Assembly: GCA_018829545.1 (NCBI GenBank)
Contig: JAHJTX010000313.1
Coordinates: 5,374-69,373, forward strand
DNA: 64,000 bases
Direction of reading: 5' to 3'
Source of the DNA: Bacteroidota bacterium
GTDB taxonomy: Bacteria; Bacteroidota; Ignavibacteria; Ignavibacteriales; Melioribacteraceae
The position numbers and the translations under genes are program-made. The notes under the pieces were generated by a model. That model had not been told where the DNA came from. It ran no database searches and saw nothing but the letters and a program-made list of their open reading frames with translations. Each line of letters opens with the position of its first letter. The first letter of the stretch is position 1. Shown one piece after another: positions 1-10,744 of the stretch.

Positions 1-643
1 CGTTACCGAGCACTTCCACCATATCGGTCATTACTTTTTTCAGCTTTCTCGGATTGGCGGAAGCGCTTTCCGTTGTTGGCTCTTTATAAACAAACGAGAC
101 AAAAATAAAATTAATTGCAATCCATAACGACGAAGCCATGAAAACATATTCCCAGGAAATAGCTCGAACAACTCCTGCGACGATCGGCCCAATAAAACCG
201 CCGATATTCACCATCATGTAGAATATTCCAAATCCCATTGAAGATGTTTTGTCGTTCGTTACTTTTGAAATAGTGCCGATAATAACGGGTTTGAACATAG
301 CCGCCCCAAGTGCAACCATCATAAAGGCAATAAAAAATGTTGGGAAAGTCTTGAATTGCCCGAGCATATAATATGAGGGAACGAGCACTACAAACGCCGC
401 AAAGAGCATTTTCTTGAATCCGTAGCGGTCTGCGAGCGCTCCGGTTACAACTGGAAATAAATAAAGAAAGAAAGTAACAACACCCTGAAGAACTCCTCTG
501 TCCTCATCGCTGAAGCCCAAACCGCCTTCCGATATTGCACCGGTGATGTATAATGAAGAAACGGCAAAGAATCCGTACCATGCCATTCTTTCAAATATTT
601 CCATTGTATTGGTAATCCAGAATGTTGTGGGGAAATCTTTCAT
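1..643 (-). CDS. POT/PTR2-family peptide:proton symporter, N-terminal part (gene runs off the left edge)
   Basis: Absent from the ORF track because it is truncated. My own minus-strand translation from ATG 643-641 gives MKDFPTTFWITNTMEIFERMAWYGFFAVSSLYITGAISEGGLGFSDEDRGVLQG...ALADRYGFKKM. This shows the ExxER..YG signature and multiple TM helices. It is a paralogue of 57514-58854. Confidence 0.8.
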   Translation of the reverse strand, partial: MKDFPTTFWITNTMEIFERMAWYGFFAVSSLYITGAISEGGLGFSDEDRGVLQGVVTFFLYLFPVVTGALADRYGFKKMLFAAFVVLVPSYYMLGQFKTFPTFFIAFMMVALGAAMFKPVIIGTISKVTNDKTSSMGFGIFYMMVNIGGFIGPIVAGVVRAISWEYVFMASSLWIAINFIFVSFVYKEPTTESASANPRKLKKVMTDMVEVLGN

Positions 644-800
644 GCGTATTTTATCAGCTTTCATAAAGCTCCGGAGATTTAAAATTGTTCAAAAGTTGAA
701 TTACGAAACCACGCTCTTTATATTTGGATGACTTCAATTTTGAAAAACTAATATAAGCAAATATCATTCTTTGATAAAAGATTCTAAAGAAGGGATGTAA

Positions 801-1691
801 ATGGATAAAGTAATTCTGAAAACAGATTTTAATAAATTAAAGCTATTTAAGCGCGGCAAAGTTAGAGACATCTATGATCTCGGCGAATTTTATCTGCTGA
901 TTTCTACAGATAGAATTTCTGCATACGATGTAATAATGAATCAAGGTATTCCGGGAAAGGGAAAAATCCTTACAAAGATATCTGAGTTCTGGTTTGATTT
1001 TACTAAAGACATAATTGAGAGTCACTTTGTTTCGACTGATGTTGGAAGTTTTCCTTCTGAATGCCGTAAGTACGCAGAAGATTTGGAAGGAAGATCAATG
1101 CTTGTAGAAAAAGCGGAGTTAATTCCCATCGAGTGTATTGTACGCGGTTACATAACCGGTTCCGGATGGAACGATTATCAAAAAACCGGACAAATATGTG
1201 GAATTGAATTACCGAAGGGATTAGTTGAATCAGAGAAATTGCAAGAGCCAATTTTTACGCCATCCACGAAAGCAGAAATTGGCGCTCATGATGAGAATAT
1301 TAGTTCAGACAGAGCCATGGAAATTGTTGGAGAGGAAACCTTCAATGCAATTAAAAGCGCCACTATCAACATTTTTAAGAAGGCATCTGATTATGCATTT
1401 GAAAAAGGTATTATAATTGCGGATACAAAATTTGAGTTCGGTTTTTATAACGGAAAAATTATTTTAATTGATGAAGTGCTCACTCCGGATTCGTCGAGAT
1501 TCTGGTCAAGAGAGAGTTATGAAAAAGGGCAAGCCCAATTTAGTTACGACAAGCAGTATGTAAGGGATTATCTAACTTCCATCAATTTCAATAAAAAGCC
1601 GCCTGCGCCTAATTTGCCGGAGGATGTTATTAAAAATACTTTGCTCAAATACAAAGAAGCGCAAGAGCTATTAACCGAAAGTAAGCCATGA
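801..1691 (+). CDS. purC: phosphoribosylaminoimidazole-succinocarboxamide (SAICAR) synthase
   Basis: 296 aa. [16 protein letters not shown] and ADTKFEFG motifs are typical of long-form PurC. ATG start with an AAGGGA RBS. Confidence 0.93.
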   Translation: MDKVILKTDFNKLKLFKRGKVRDIYDLGEFYLLISTDRISAYDVIMNQGIPGKGKILTKISEFWFDFTKDIIESHFVSTDVGSFPSECRKYAEDLEGRSMLVEKAELIPIECIVRGYITGSGWNDYQKTGQICGIELPKGLVESEKLQEPIFTPSTKAEIGAHDENISSDRAMEIVGEETFNAIKSATINIFKKASDYAFEKGIIIADTKFEFGFYNGKIILIDEVLTPDSSRFWSRESYEKGQAQFSYDKQYVRDYLTSINFNKKPPAPNLPEDVIKNTLLKYKEAQELLTESKP

Positions 1692-1996
1692 TTCCCAATA
1701 AAATAAATATTACCTCCCAAAAGAATTTAGAAATTGTTTGGAATGACGCCGCGACAACTGTTGTAAAACTTGCGAGTCTCAGGAATAATTGTCCGTGTGC
1801 AGTTTGTAAATCTGAGAAAGAAGAATTTGGATCAACTTATATTCCTATTTACAATAATGATCAGATAGCAATTTCAAAAATTACTCCTGTCGGGAATTAT
1901 GCTGTGACTATTTCATGGAAAGATGGTCACGATACAGGCATTTATGAATTTGATTTTTTGCGCACAATTTCAAAAACTAAAGAAATATCCGGATGA
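1688..1996 (+). CDS. DUF971-family small protein
   Basis: 102 aa. LEIVWNDAA...[10 protein letters not shown]...[18 protein letters not shown] matches the DUF971 pattern. ATGA overlaps on both sides (purC and pgsA). Confidence 0.7.
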   Translation: MIPNKINITSQKNLEIVWNDAATTVVKLASLRNNCPCAVCKSEKEEFGSTYIPIYNNDQIAISKITPVGNYAVTISWKDGHDTGIYEFDFLRTISKTKEISG

Positions 1997-2592
1997 TACT
2001 TCCTAATCAACTTACAGTATTAAGAATAATATTGACTCCGGTCTTTATGGTTTTGTTTCTATCGGACGATCCGTTTTATATTCAAATCTCTATGGGTGTT
2101 TATATTGTAGCCGCAATTACAGATTGGTACGACGGCTGGCTGGCTCGTAAATTTAATTATATAACCACGTGGGGGAAATTTTTGGATCCATTGGCTGACA
2201 AAATACTTACTTCGGCTGCATTCATTGCATTTGTCGTGTTGGGCGCTTTAGAACTTTGGATGGTAATCATCATTGTAATACGCGATTTTCTTATTACCGG
2301 AATTAGAGCCTACGCTGAGTATCACCATTTGAATTTTTCAACCAGTAGATCAGCAAAGTGGAAAACATTTTATCAAATGACTTTTATTTATTATCTACTC
2401 GTATTCTATACATTAAAAACTATCAGCTATATTCCCAAGGATATTCAAGAGATACTGATTCTATTTATTGATAAATCAATTGTATATTGGCTGATGCTTG
2501 GCGTAACTATACTAACTTTTATCACTGGGATTCAATACATAATTAAAAACAGAAAACTGATAAAGGATTTATTTAACTTTGCCACTAAATAA
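1993..2592 (+). CDS. pgsA: CDP-diacylglycerol--glycerol-3-phosphate 3-phosphatidyltransferase
   Basis: CDP-alcohol phosphatidyltransferase motif DWYDGWLARK...GKFLDPLADK. Multi-TM protein of about 200 aa. Confidence 0.88.
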   Translation: MILPNQLTVLRIILTPVFMVLFLSDDPFYIQISMGVYIVAAITDWYDGWLARKFNYITTWGKFLDPLADKILTSAAFIAFVVLGALELWMVIIIVIRDFLITGIRAYAEYHHLNFSTSRSAKWKTFYQMTFIYYLLVFYTLKTISYIPKDIQEILILFIDKSIVYWLMLGVTILTFITGIQYIIKNRKLIKDLFNFATK

Positions 2593-3034
2593 CTTCGAAA
2601 AATTTTTAGGCACCGGATTTTATACAGGATATATCCCTTTTGCGCCGGGTACTTTTGGAAGTGCGGCAGCGCTATTAATATATCTGATCCCAGGTTTTGA
2701 AAATTTATATATTATTATACCTGCCATTATTCTTTTCACATTGATAGGCATTCCGATCGGGACTAAGTTTGAGAGCGTTTATGGTAAGGACCCATCGCAA
2801 TGCACTATTGATGAAGTTATTGGAATGTGGATATCACTTTTATTTCTTCCCAAAATATGGTGGGTAATCGTAGTTACTTTTATAGTCTGGCGGATAATGG
2901 ATATTGTGAAACCATTTCCAGCCAATTTCATGGAAAGATTGAGCGGCGGAAGAGGAATTATTTTTGATGATATTGTTGCGGCTCTTTATACATCAGCATT
3001 AATGCATTTATTTTTGTTTTTTATAAACAAATAG
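2579..3034 (+). CDS. pgpA: phosphatidylglycerophosphatase A
   Basis: GTGFYTGYIPFAPGTFGS and IDEVIGMW motifs of the PgpA family. TTG start overlapping the pgsA end by 14 nt. Confidence 0.85.
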   Translation: MPLNNFEKFLGTGFYTGYIPFAPGTFGSAAALLIYLIPGFENLYIIIPAIILFTLIGIPIGTKFESVYGKDPSQCTIDEVIGMWISLLFLPKIWWVIVVTFIVWRIMDIVKPFPANFMERLSGGRGIIFDDIVAALYTSALMHLFLFFINK

Positions 3035-3049
3035 TAACGGAAGATATTT

Positions 3050-4306
3050 ATGAAAGCATATTTAATTTCGATAGGTGATGAACTACTCAGCGGGCAAACG
3101 GTTAATACTAATGCGGCTTACATTGGCGAACGCTTATTTCAGAATCAAGTTGAAGTACTCAAAACAGCAGTAATTGGAGATAATGAAGAATCGATTCTTG
3201 CTGAATTTTCTGATGCAATCAATAGTGCGGATTTAATAATTGTAACGGGCGGATTAGGTCCCACGCACGATGATGTGACGCGGAAATCTGTTGTTAAATT
3301 CTTTGATTCTGAATTAATATTAAATAACGATGTGCTGATGGATATAACTGACCTCTTCACAAGAAGAGGAAGGGAGGTAACTCCATCAAATAAAGATCAA
3401 GCATTCGTTCCAAAAATCTGTGAAACTATTCGGAATTATTCCGGAACTGCACCGGGCTACTGGATATTAAAAGATAAAAAAATATTTGTGGTTGTTCCCG
3501 GCGTTCCTCACGAAATGAAAGAGATGATGGAAAATTTTGTGATGCCGAGAATATCAAATATTTTGGGTGATGAACATAGAAAATCGCATACAACTAACTT
3601 ACTCACAACTGGAATCCCGGAATCTTTTTTGTTCGAAAAACTTGGAAGCATAGAAGATCTCGTTAAAGGCGGTAAAATGGCTTTTCTCCCGAGTCAATTT
3701 GGGGTAAAACTAAGAATAACGTCAACCGGCGAAACAGAAGAGGAAGCAAAAGATAAATTAATTGAAATTGAACAGCAGATTCGAAGTATTGCCGGAAGAT
3801 ACATCTACGGCAAAAATGACGAAACGTTAGAATCAGTTATTGCAAGACTTCTGATCGATCGTGGATTAACCGTTTCGGTAGCGGAATCATGCACCGGAGG
3901 ATTGATAAGTTCACGTCTGACAAATGTAAGCGGCAGTAGTGATTATTTCCAAAGAGGTTTTATAACTTACAGTAACGGCGCTAAAGTCGAATTGCTGCAT
4001 ATCGATGAAGACATGATCAACAAATACGGCGCAGTCAGTTTAGATGTGGCTCGTTTAATGGCAGACGGAGTGCGGGCGGTAAGCGGAACAGATATCGGTC
4101 TTGCTGCTACCGGAATTATGGGACCAACTGGCGCAACGCAGGATAAACCTGTTGGATTGGTCTACATTGGAATTTGTGACGATAAAATCTGTACTGCAAG
4201 AAAATTTAAGTTTGGAGAAGACAGGTTATTAAATAAAGATAGAACTGCTCAAGCTGCTTTGGAAATGTTGCGGAGAAATTTACTCGGCATTCCTTATGAA
4301 GAATAG
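3050..4306 (+). CDS. cinA: CinA-family competence/damage-inducible protein (MoCF-binding domain plus nicotinamide-nucleotide amidohydrolase PncC domain)
   Basis: 418 aa. N-terminal IGDELLSGQTVNTNA...TGGLGPTHDD. C-terminal SVAESCTGGL...GLVYIG. Classic pgsA-cinA-recA synteny. Confidence 0.92.
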   Translation: MKAYLISIGDELLSGQTVNTNAAYIGERLFQNQVEVLKTAVIGDNEESILAEFSDAINSADLIIVTGGLGPTHDDVTRKSVVKFFDSELILNNDVLMDITDLFTRRGREVTPSNKDQAFVPKICETIRNYSGTAPGYWILKDKKIFVVVPGVPHEMKEMMENFVMPRISNILGDEHRKSHTTNLLTTGIPESFLFEKLGSIEDLVKGGKMAFLPSQFGVKLRITSTGETEEEAKDKLIEIEQQIRSIAGRYIYGKNDETLESVIARLLIDRGLTVSVAESCTGGLISSRLTNVSGSSDYFQRGFITYSNGAKVELLHIDEDMINKYGAVSLDVARLMADGVRAVSGTDIGLAATGIMGPTGATQDKPVGLVYIGICDDKICTARKFKFGEDRLLNKDRTAQAALEMLRRNLLGIPYEE

Positions 4307-4850
4307 ATTGTTTATCGCCCTCAATATTCATGAAGATATTCAGGAAAGGATTCTAGAAATACGCAATTCTATTTTTAGAAATTCAGAGAACGTGAAGTGG
4401 GAGAAAAAGGAAAAATACCATTTTACACTTAAGTTTCTTGGCGATGTTGAGCAAAGTGAAAATAGTAATATTATTAAAGCGCTTGCAGAATTGACTGAAA
4501 ATCACAAGTCTTTTAATATCGAATTTGATAAATTTGGGTTGTTTTTAAACAGATCAAAGCCTGCGATTCTTTGGCTGGGTATTAAACAAAATAGAAATAT
4601 ATTGAGGCTGCAGTCTGATCTGGATTGCAGACTGAATGAGATTGGTTTTGAGCGAGGAAAGAAAAAATATCATCCTCATTTAACAATACTTAGATTTCGC
4701 GGTTCTGAAGCTAGCGATTTGTCACATAAATTTGTGTCTTATACAATAAGTGACTTAAAATATCGATCAGACAGAGTTACTCTCTACAGAAGCACATTAT
4801 TAAGGAGCAGTTCTGTCTATGAAAAAATACAAAGTTTTAAATTGATTTAA
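4296..4850 (+). CDS. thpR: RNA 2',3'-cyclic phosphodiesterase (2H / LigT family)
   Basis: Two HxT motifs (HFTLKFLG and HPHLTILRF) about 90 residues apart. 184 aa. Confidence 0.85.
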   Translation: MKNRLFIALNIHEDIQERILEIRNSIFRNSENVKWEKKEKYHFTLKFLGDVEQSENSNIIKALAELTENHKSFNIEFDKFGLFLNRSKPAILWLGIKQNRNILRLQSDLDCRLNEIGFERGKKKYHPHLTILRFRGSEASDLSHKFVSYTISDLKYRSDRVTLYRSTLLRSSSVYEKIQSFKLI

Positions 4851-4861
4851 TTGGAGGAAAT

Positions 4862-5926
4862 ATGGCAGTAGACGTTGAAGCAAGATCAAAAATTCTAGAA
4901 GAAACTATTTACAATATCGAAAAAACCTACGGAAAAGGCACCATCATGAGACTTGGAGACGGCGTAATTAATAAAATTGATGCAATATCCACAAGATCAA
5001 TTTCATTAGATGCGGCTCTGGGAATTGGCGGCGTTCCGCGAGGTAGAATAGTTGAGATTTATGGACCTGAATCATCGGGTAAAACCACAGTTTGTTTGCA
5101 CATAATCGCCGAAGCTCAAAAATTGGGTGGTTTAGCCGCGTTTATTGATGCGGAACACGCAATGGATATTGGTTATGCAAAAAAATTGAAAGTGGATGTA
5201 AACAATCTTCTTTTATCTCAACCCGATTACGGAGAGCAAGCTTTGGAGATTGTGGATGCTCTCATCAGAAGTAACGCTTTGGATGTAATTGTAATAGATT
5301 CCGTTGCAGCGTTAGTTCCAAGGTCAGAAATCGAAGGCGAAATGGGAGACGCACAAATGGGCGTTCAGGCGAGATTAATGTCTCAAGCCTTGAGAAAAAT
5401 TACAGGCGCCGTTAACCGTTCAAAAACGTGCGTTATTTTTACGAATCAGCTTCGCTCTAAAATTGGAGTTATGTTCGGAAATCCTGAAACAACAACCGGC
5501 GGTAACGCTTTAAAGTTTTACGCTTCGGTGCGAATGGATATAAGAAGAATTGCAGCAATTAAAAATGGCGAAGACGTTGTTGGTAACAGAACAAAAGTAA
5601 AAATAGTCAAAAACAAAGTTGCTCCACCATTCAAGCAGGTAGAATTTGACATTCTTTATGATGAAGGCATCTCCCTCGCAGGCGATTTGATTGATATTGC
5701 AGTTGATAAAAAAATTATTAAGAAAAGCGGCGCGTGGTTTACTTTTGGCGAGGACAGATTCCAAGGAAGAGAACAATTTAGAACCAAACTGAATGAAGAT
5801 ATTGAGATGATGAATCGTTTAGAGAAAGAAGTTAAAATGGAACTCGGATTACTTCCCAAAGAAGTTGTTCCTAATGAAACCGTTCCGGAAGAAAAAGAAA
5901 ATAACACTTCTTCCAAGAAAAAATGA
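4862..5926 (+). CDS. recA: recombinase RecA
   Basis: GPESSGKTT Walker A, AFIDAEHA and [11 protein letters not shown] motifs. 354 aa. Confidence 0.98.
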   Translation: MAVDVEARSKILEETIYNIEKTYGKGTIMRLGDGVINKIDAISTRSISLDAALGIGGVPRGRIVEIYGPESSGKTTVCLHIIAEAQKLGGLAAFIDAEHAMDIGYAKKLKVDVNNLLLSQPDYGEQALEIVDALIRSNALDVIVIDSVAALVPRSEIEGEMGDAQMGVQARLMSQALRKITGAVNRSKTCVIFTNQLRSKIGVMFGNPETTTGGNALKFYASVRMDIRRIAAIKNGEDVVGNRTKVKIVKNKVAPPFKQVEFDILYDEGISLAGDLIDIAVDKKIIKKSGAWFTFGEDRFQGREQFRTKLNEDIEMMNRLEKEVKMELGLLPKEVVPNETVPEEKENNTSSKKK

Positions 5927-6546
5927 GTCGGGTAATTGGCTTAAAAAAAACTAAGCAATTTGTTTTTGTTAAGTTCGATAACTCGATAACATTAAAAATA
6001 GCGAACGGATTTTTCAATAAAATTGATTTGGATTATGATTTGGAGCTGAGTGATTCTCAATTCTCAGCTCTAAAATCTTCTTCAGAAAAATATAATGCAA
6101 AATTAACCGCATTCAGGTTGTTGTCGCGCAGACAGCATTCAAGTTTTGAGTTAAAAACGAAATTAAAGCAAAGAGGATATTCGGAACGCAGCATCGAAGA
6201 GATCATTCAAGAACTTCGTGGCGCAGATTACATAAACGATTTCAAATTTGCCGAGGACTTTGCGGAAGAAATGATTTCAAAAAAGAAAAACGGCTTACAA
6301 AATGTACTTAACAAATTAAGAAGCATGGGAATTAATAATGAAATATTAGCTCACGTACGAGAACTCTATCAATCCTATGATGAGCATGAAATAGCTTTTG
6401 AACTTGCTGAAAAAAAATATAATTCCATTAGTGGTAGGATTGACGATATACTTATAATTAAATTTAAGATTTACAATTATCTTTTATGCAAGGGATTTTC
6501 CAATGAAGTGATTAGAAAATCCATTGAAAAATTAGGATTATCATAA
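5923..6546 (+). CDS. recX: recombination regulator RecX
   Basis: Sits immediately after recA with an ATGA overlap. Helical repeat protein with [21 protein letters not shown], typical of RecX. Confidence 0.8.
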   Translation: MSRVIGLKKTKQFVFVKFDNSITLKIANGFFNKIDLDYDLELSDSQFSALKSSSEKYNAKLTAFRLLSRRQHSSFELKTKLKQRGYSERSIEEIIQELRGADYINDFKFAEDFAEEMISKKKNGLQNVLNKLRSMGINNEILAHVRELYQSYDEHEIAFELAEKKYNSISGRIDDILIIKFKIYNYLLCKGFSNEVIRKSIEKLGLS

Positions 6547-6608
6547 ACTTTCTTTGAAGATATACTTCCAATTCTTATTTTTAAACAAATAAATGTTAAG
6601 AGTTATTC

Positions 6609-7778
6609 ATGGAAAAATTCATCGGTGTTGATTATTATAATGTTGAGTCTTTATTAACCGAAGAAGAAATTTTAATTCGAAATTCAGTTCGTGAATTTGT
6701 TGATAAGGAAATCATTCCCATTATTGAACAAAATTATAGGGAAGGCGTATTTCCAAAACACTTAGTTCAAAAAATGGCTGAGTTAGGAATATTTGGAATG
6801 ACCTTGCCAGCCAAATACGGTTGCGCTGAACTAAATAATGTTGCTTACGGATTAGTGATGCAAGAGCTTGAAAGGGGCGATAGCGGTCTTAGAAGCTTTG
6901 CTTCCGTTCAGAGTGGATTGGTTATGTATCCTATTTATAAATTCGGTTCAGAGGAGCAAAGAGCCAAATTACTGCCATTATTAGCTCAGGGTTCAGTGAT
7001 TGGATGCTTCGGATTAACAGAGCCTGACTACGGATCGAATCCAGGCGGAATGATTACAAAAGCAGAAAAACTTGATGGCGGGTATATTTTAAATGGCACT
7101 AAAATGTGGATTACAAATGGCACTATTGCCGATATCGCTATAGTTTGGGCAAAATTAAATGGAGTCGTAAAAGGCTTTATAGTTGAAAAAGGAATTGAAG
7201 GATTTACCGCTCCGGAAATGAAGGGTAAACATTCACTTCGCGCATCCGTTACCTCTGAATTAATTTTTCAGGATGTGTTTGTTCCTGAATCACACCTTTT
7301 GCCAAATGCAAGCGGATTAAAATCTCCTTTAATGTGTCTAAATCAAGCAAGATACGGCATCGCATGGGGAGTGGTCGGCTCAATGATGGCAACTTATGAT
7401 ACCGCTTTAAAATATGCTAAATCAAGAATTCAGTTTTCTAAACCAATTGCCGGTTACCAATTGACGCAGAATAAGCTTGTATTCATGCTTACAGAAATAA
7501 CTAAAGCTCAGTTGCTTAATTTGCAAATGGCAAAACTTAAGGATGCCGGAAAAGTGAAACATACCCAAATTTCGCTGGCAAAACGTAATAATTGTGAATT
7601 AGCGCTCGATATTGCAAGGATGGCAAGGGAAATTTTAGGCGCCAATGGAATTTTGGATGAATATCCTGTGATGAGACATTCTGCAAATTTGGAGTCTGTA
7701 AAAACTTACGAGGGTACTCACGAAATGCACACGTTAATTATTGGAGAAGATATTACCGGACTAGCGGCTTTTGATTAG
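6609..7778 (+). CDS. gcdH: acyl-CoA dehydrogenase, glutaryl-CoA dehydrogenase-like
   Basis: GLTEPDYGSNPGGM, WITNG and C-terminal YEGTHEMHTLIIG motifs. 389 aa. Confidence 0.85.
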   Translation: MEKFIGVDYYNVESLLTEEEILIRNSVREFVDKEIIPIIEQNYREGVFPKHLVQKMAELGIFGMTLPAKYGCAELNNVAYGLVMQELERGDSGLRSFASVQSGLVMYPIYKFGSEEQRAKLLPLLAQGSVIGCFGLTEPDYGSNPGGMITKAEKLDGGYILNGTKMWITNGTIADIAIVWAKLNGVVKGFIVEKGIEGFTAPEMKGKHSLRASVTSELIFQDVFVPESHLLPNASGLKSPLMCLNQARYGIAWGVVGSMMATYDTALKYAKSRIQFSKPIAGYQLTQNKLVFMLTEITKAQLLNLQMAKLKDAGKVKHTQISLAKRNNCELALDIARMAREILGANGILDEYPVMRHSANLESVKTYEGTHEMHTLIIGEDITGLAAFD

Positions 7779-7812
7779 TGATGTGATTAGAATGAACATT
7801 CAATTCTTAATT

Positions 7813-7931
7813 GAGTCCACTCCGAAAAACCCCAAACGGGTTAAAACCCGTTTGGGAAAGTTTGTTTTTAGCTTGTTATCCCCACGTTAAAACGTGGGGT
7901 TAATAACAATATGACTTTTCAGAGTGGACTC
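7813..7931 (+). mobile_element. 119-bp MITE-like palindromic repeat, copy 1
   Basis: Identical to 33240-33358 and 115/119 identical to the inverted copy at 29096-29214. Terminal inverted repeats are GAGTCCACTCCGAAAA and TTTTCAGAGTGGACTC. Two internal hairpins. Flanked by TTAATT on both sides. Confidence 0.85.
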
Positions 7932-7971
7932 TTAATTGTTTTTATAAAATTTTATAATAATAGAGTTAGTG

Positions 7972-9438
7972 ATGAAGAATAAAATCCATTACGAAGGATT
8001 AACATTTGATGATATTTTGCTGATTCCAGCTAAATCAAACATTTTACCAAAAGAAGCCGTTTTAAAATCTTTTTTAACAAGAGAGATTGAGTTAAATATT
8101 CCATTCCTTTCCGCTGCAATGGATACTGTGACAGAATCCGATATGGCTATTGCTATGGCGGCTCAAGGAGGAATTGGTATTATTCATAAGAATATGAGCA
8201 TTGCTCGCCAGGCTGAAGAAGTAGATAAAGTAAAACGTTCTGAAAGCGGTATAATTCACAATCCGATTACTTTAACTGCTGAGAAAACAATCGAAGATGC
8301 TTTGTCATTAATGTCAAAATATCATATTTCCGGAATTCCGATTGTAAATAGCGCTGGAGAATTAATTGGAATACTTACAAACCGAGATCTTAGATTTGAA
8401 CCGAATTTAAAGCTGAAAGTAAGTGATATCATGACAAAGGATAGATTAATTACTACTCCTGTTGGAACAACATTGGAAGAAGCAGAAAAGCTTCTTCATC
8501 AATACAGAATCGAAAAACTTCCCGTTGTAGACAAAAATAATAGACTTAAAGGATTGATCACTTTTAAAGATATAACAAAAAAGAAAAAATATCCTGATGC
8601 GTGTAAAGATGATATTGGAAGATTAAGAGCCGGCGCTGGCGTTGGGGTCTCGGTAGATACACTAGAAAGGGTAGAAGCTCTTGTTGCCGCAAATGTGGAC
8701 GTAATTATTGTTGATACTGCGCACGGACATTCGCTGGGTGTATTAAAATGCGTAAAAAACATTCGTAAAAAATATAAGAATCTTCAACTGATTGCGGGCA
8801 ATATCGTAACAAAAGAAGCTGCTCTTGAACTTGTAGAAAGCGGTGTGAACGCCGTAAAAGTTGGTATTGGCGCCGGTTCAATTTGCACAACGCGTATGAT
8901 TGCCGGTGTTGGTGTTCCTCAAGTAAGCGCAATTATAGAAGTTGCAGAAGCGCTAAAGGGGAAGGGAATTCCGGTTATTGCCGATGGCGGAATTAAACAG
9001 ACCGGCGATGTTTCGAAAGCAATAGCCGCTGGCGCAGACACGGTAATGATTGGCGGAATGCTCGCGGGCGTTGACGAAACTCCGGGAGAAAAAGTATTGT
9101 TCGAAGGAAGAAGTTTCAAAGTCTACAGAGGAATGGGCTCGCTCGGCGCAATGAGCGAGGGAAGTAAAGATCGATATTTTCAAGATGCCGAAGATGATAT
9201 CAAAAAATTAGTGCCCGAAGGTGTTGAAGGAAGAGTTCCGTACAAAGGTCCTTTAGCTGATACTATTTACCAATTTATTGGTGGATTAAGAGCTGCAATG
9301 GGTTATTGCGGGGTTAAGACAATTAAAGAACTGAAAACGAAAACAAAATTCGTAAAAATCACTAGCGCAAGTCTTCGTGAGAGTCATCCGCATGATGTAA
9401 TTATTACGAAAGAATCACCAAACTATCATTCTACATAA
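7972..9438 (+). CDS. guaB: IMP dehydrogenase
   Basis: 488 aa with a CBS pair insert and the catalytic loop [14 protein letters not shown] at 7972 is preferred over the in-frame GTG at 7969 used by the ORF track. Confidence 0.97.
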   Translation: MKNKIHYEGLTFDDILLIPAKSNILPKEAVLKSFLTREIELNIPFLSAAMDTVTESDMAIAMAAQGGIGIIHKNMSIARQAEEVDKVKRSESGIIHNPITLTAEKTIEDALSLMSKYHISGIPIVNSAGELIGILTNRDLRFEPNLKLKVSDIMTKDRLITTPVGTTLEEAEKLLHQYRIEKLPVVDKNNRLKGLITFKDITKKKKYPDACKDDIGRLRAGAGVGVSVDTLERVEALVAANVDVIIVDTAHGHSLGVLKCVKNIRKKYKNLQLIAGNIVTKEAALELVESGVNAVKVGIGAGSICTTRMIAGVGVPQVSAIIEVAEALKGKGIPVIADGGIKQTGDVSKAIAAGADTVMIGGMLAGVDETPGEKVLFEGRSFKVYRGMGSLGAMSEGSKDRYFQDAEDDIKKLVPEGVEGRVPYKGPLADTIYQFIGGLRAAMGYCGVKTIKELKTKTKFVKITSASLRESHPHDVIITKESPNYHST

Positions 9439-9460
9439 TCAAATTTGGATTTGAATACGC

Positions 9461-10744
9461 ATGTTTAAGGTACTTGTAATCGCATATTATTTTCCGCCAA
9501 TGGGATTGAGCGGCGTTCAGAGAACTCTGAAATTCACAAAATATTTAAAGGAATATAACTGGCGTCCAACGGTTCTTACTTCCGGAAAAACCGGTTATTA
9601 CGCACATGATTTATCTTTGCTTAAAGAAGCTGAAGATGCTGAAATTGAAATCGTTAGGACAGAAGCTTTTGATCTAAATTCAATGCTGGCAAATTTTGGC
9701 ACAATCAAAATGCCCTCTGAAAAAATTAGAAAACTTCTCAGTTTATTGAGTAAAACATTCCTTATCCCCGATAATAAAATTTCATGGTCAATTAAAGCTT
9801 ATAAAAAAGCAAAGGAATTATTGAGTAAGGAAAAGTTTGACGCAATTTACATTACTCTTCCACCGTTTTCTCCGTTTACAATTGCATCACGACTTAAAAA
9901 GGAATTTAACCTGCCGTTAATTGTTGATTACAGAGATTTATGGTATGGCAACCATTTTGCTTTTTATCCTACTCCATATCATAAATTCAGGCACAAGAAG
10001 CAGGAAGAAATGGCTCTTCGATCTACGGATCACGTAATAGCGGTTAACAGAAAAATTAAAGAGCATCTGCTTACAACTTACAAATTCCTTTCATTCGAAA
10101 ATATTACAATAATTCCTCATGGATTCGATCCGGCAGACTTCAATAATATTAAACCGGTATTTACAGAGAATGATAAAATAAAAGTTCTCTATACCGGAAT
10201 CTTTTATGAAAGTATAACTCCCAAATATTTATTTAAGGCATTTAGGGAACTGTCGATTGAGCGTCCCGATATTGCAGAAAATTATGAATTTCATTTTATT
10301 GGTTATTTGCGAAAAGAAAATATGAATCTGGTAAAGCAACTTGGACTTGAGGCATTTATTTTCGATCACGGTTACATGGATCACAAAGAAGTAGTGAGAT
10401 ACATATCATACGCAGATTTCCTTTGGGTGATGTTGAACGATGAGAAAAATATGCAGATGGTCTCTGCCGGAAAACTATTTGAATATTTTGGAACTAAGAA
10501 GCCAATATTAGCTACAGTTCCCGAAGGCGCCTCACGAACTGCAGCAACTCAGTATTCTGCGTCATACATTACAGACCCGCGCGATATTACTGCAATTAAA
10601 AATGCTTTAATAAAGATGCGAACGGATTTTATAAATGGAAATATTCCTTCTCCAAATGATGAATTCGTTTTAACTCATGATAGGAAGTTTCTTACCAAGC
10701 AATTGGCACAAATATTACAATTTAATGTTAAGGAAACAGAATGA
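9461..10744 (+). CDS. glycosyltransferase (GT-B fold, GT4-like)
   Basis: N-terminal VLVIAYYFPPMGLSGVQR is typical of GT-B glycosyltransferases. 427 aa. The end overlaps the purD start. Confidence 0.6.
   Translation: MFKVLVIAYYFPPMGLSGVQRTLKFTKYLKEYNWRPTVLTSGKTGYYAHDLSLLKEAEDAEIEIVRTEAFDLNSMLANFGTIKMPSEKIRKLLSLLSKTFLIPDNKISWSIKAYKKAKELLSKEKFDAIYITLPPFSPFTIASRLKKEFNLPLIVDYRDLWYGNHFAFYPTPYHKFRHKKQEEMALRSTDHVIAVNRKIKEHLLTTYKFLSFENITIIPHGFDPADFNNIKPVFTENDKIKVLYTGIFYESITPKYLFKAFRELSIERPDIAENYEFHFIGYLRKENMNLVKQLGLEAFIFDHGYMDHKEVVRYISYADFLWVMLNDEKNMQMVSAGKLFEYFGTKKPILATVPEGASRTAATQYSASYITDPRDITAIKNALIKMRTDFINGNIPSPNDEFVLTHDRKFLTKQLAQILQFNVKETE

Noticed and set aside
543-731. 62-aa plus-strand ORF from the track
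   Set aside because: It lies antisense to the well-supported N-terminus of the POT transporter (1-643, minus strand) and runs into the spacer. It has no motif and no RBS. Judged spurious.
7813-7931. Whether the repeated hairpin-containing sequence is a CRISPR array or a tRNA-like/structured RNA gene
   Set aside because: There are only three dispersed copies tens of kb apart. There are no regularly spaced short repeats with unique spacers and no cas genes. There is no cloverleaf or conserved T-loop (GTTCGAATC-type) sequence. Terminal inverted repeats plus flanking duplications fit a MITE better.
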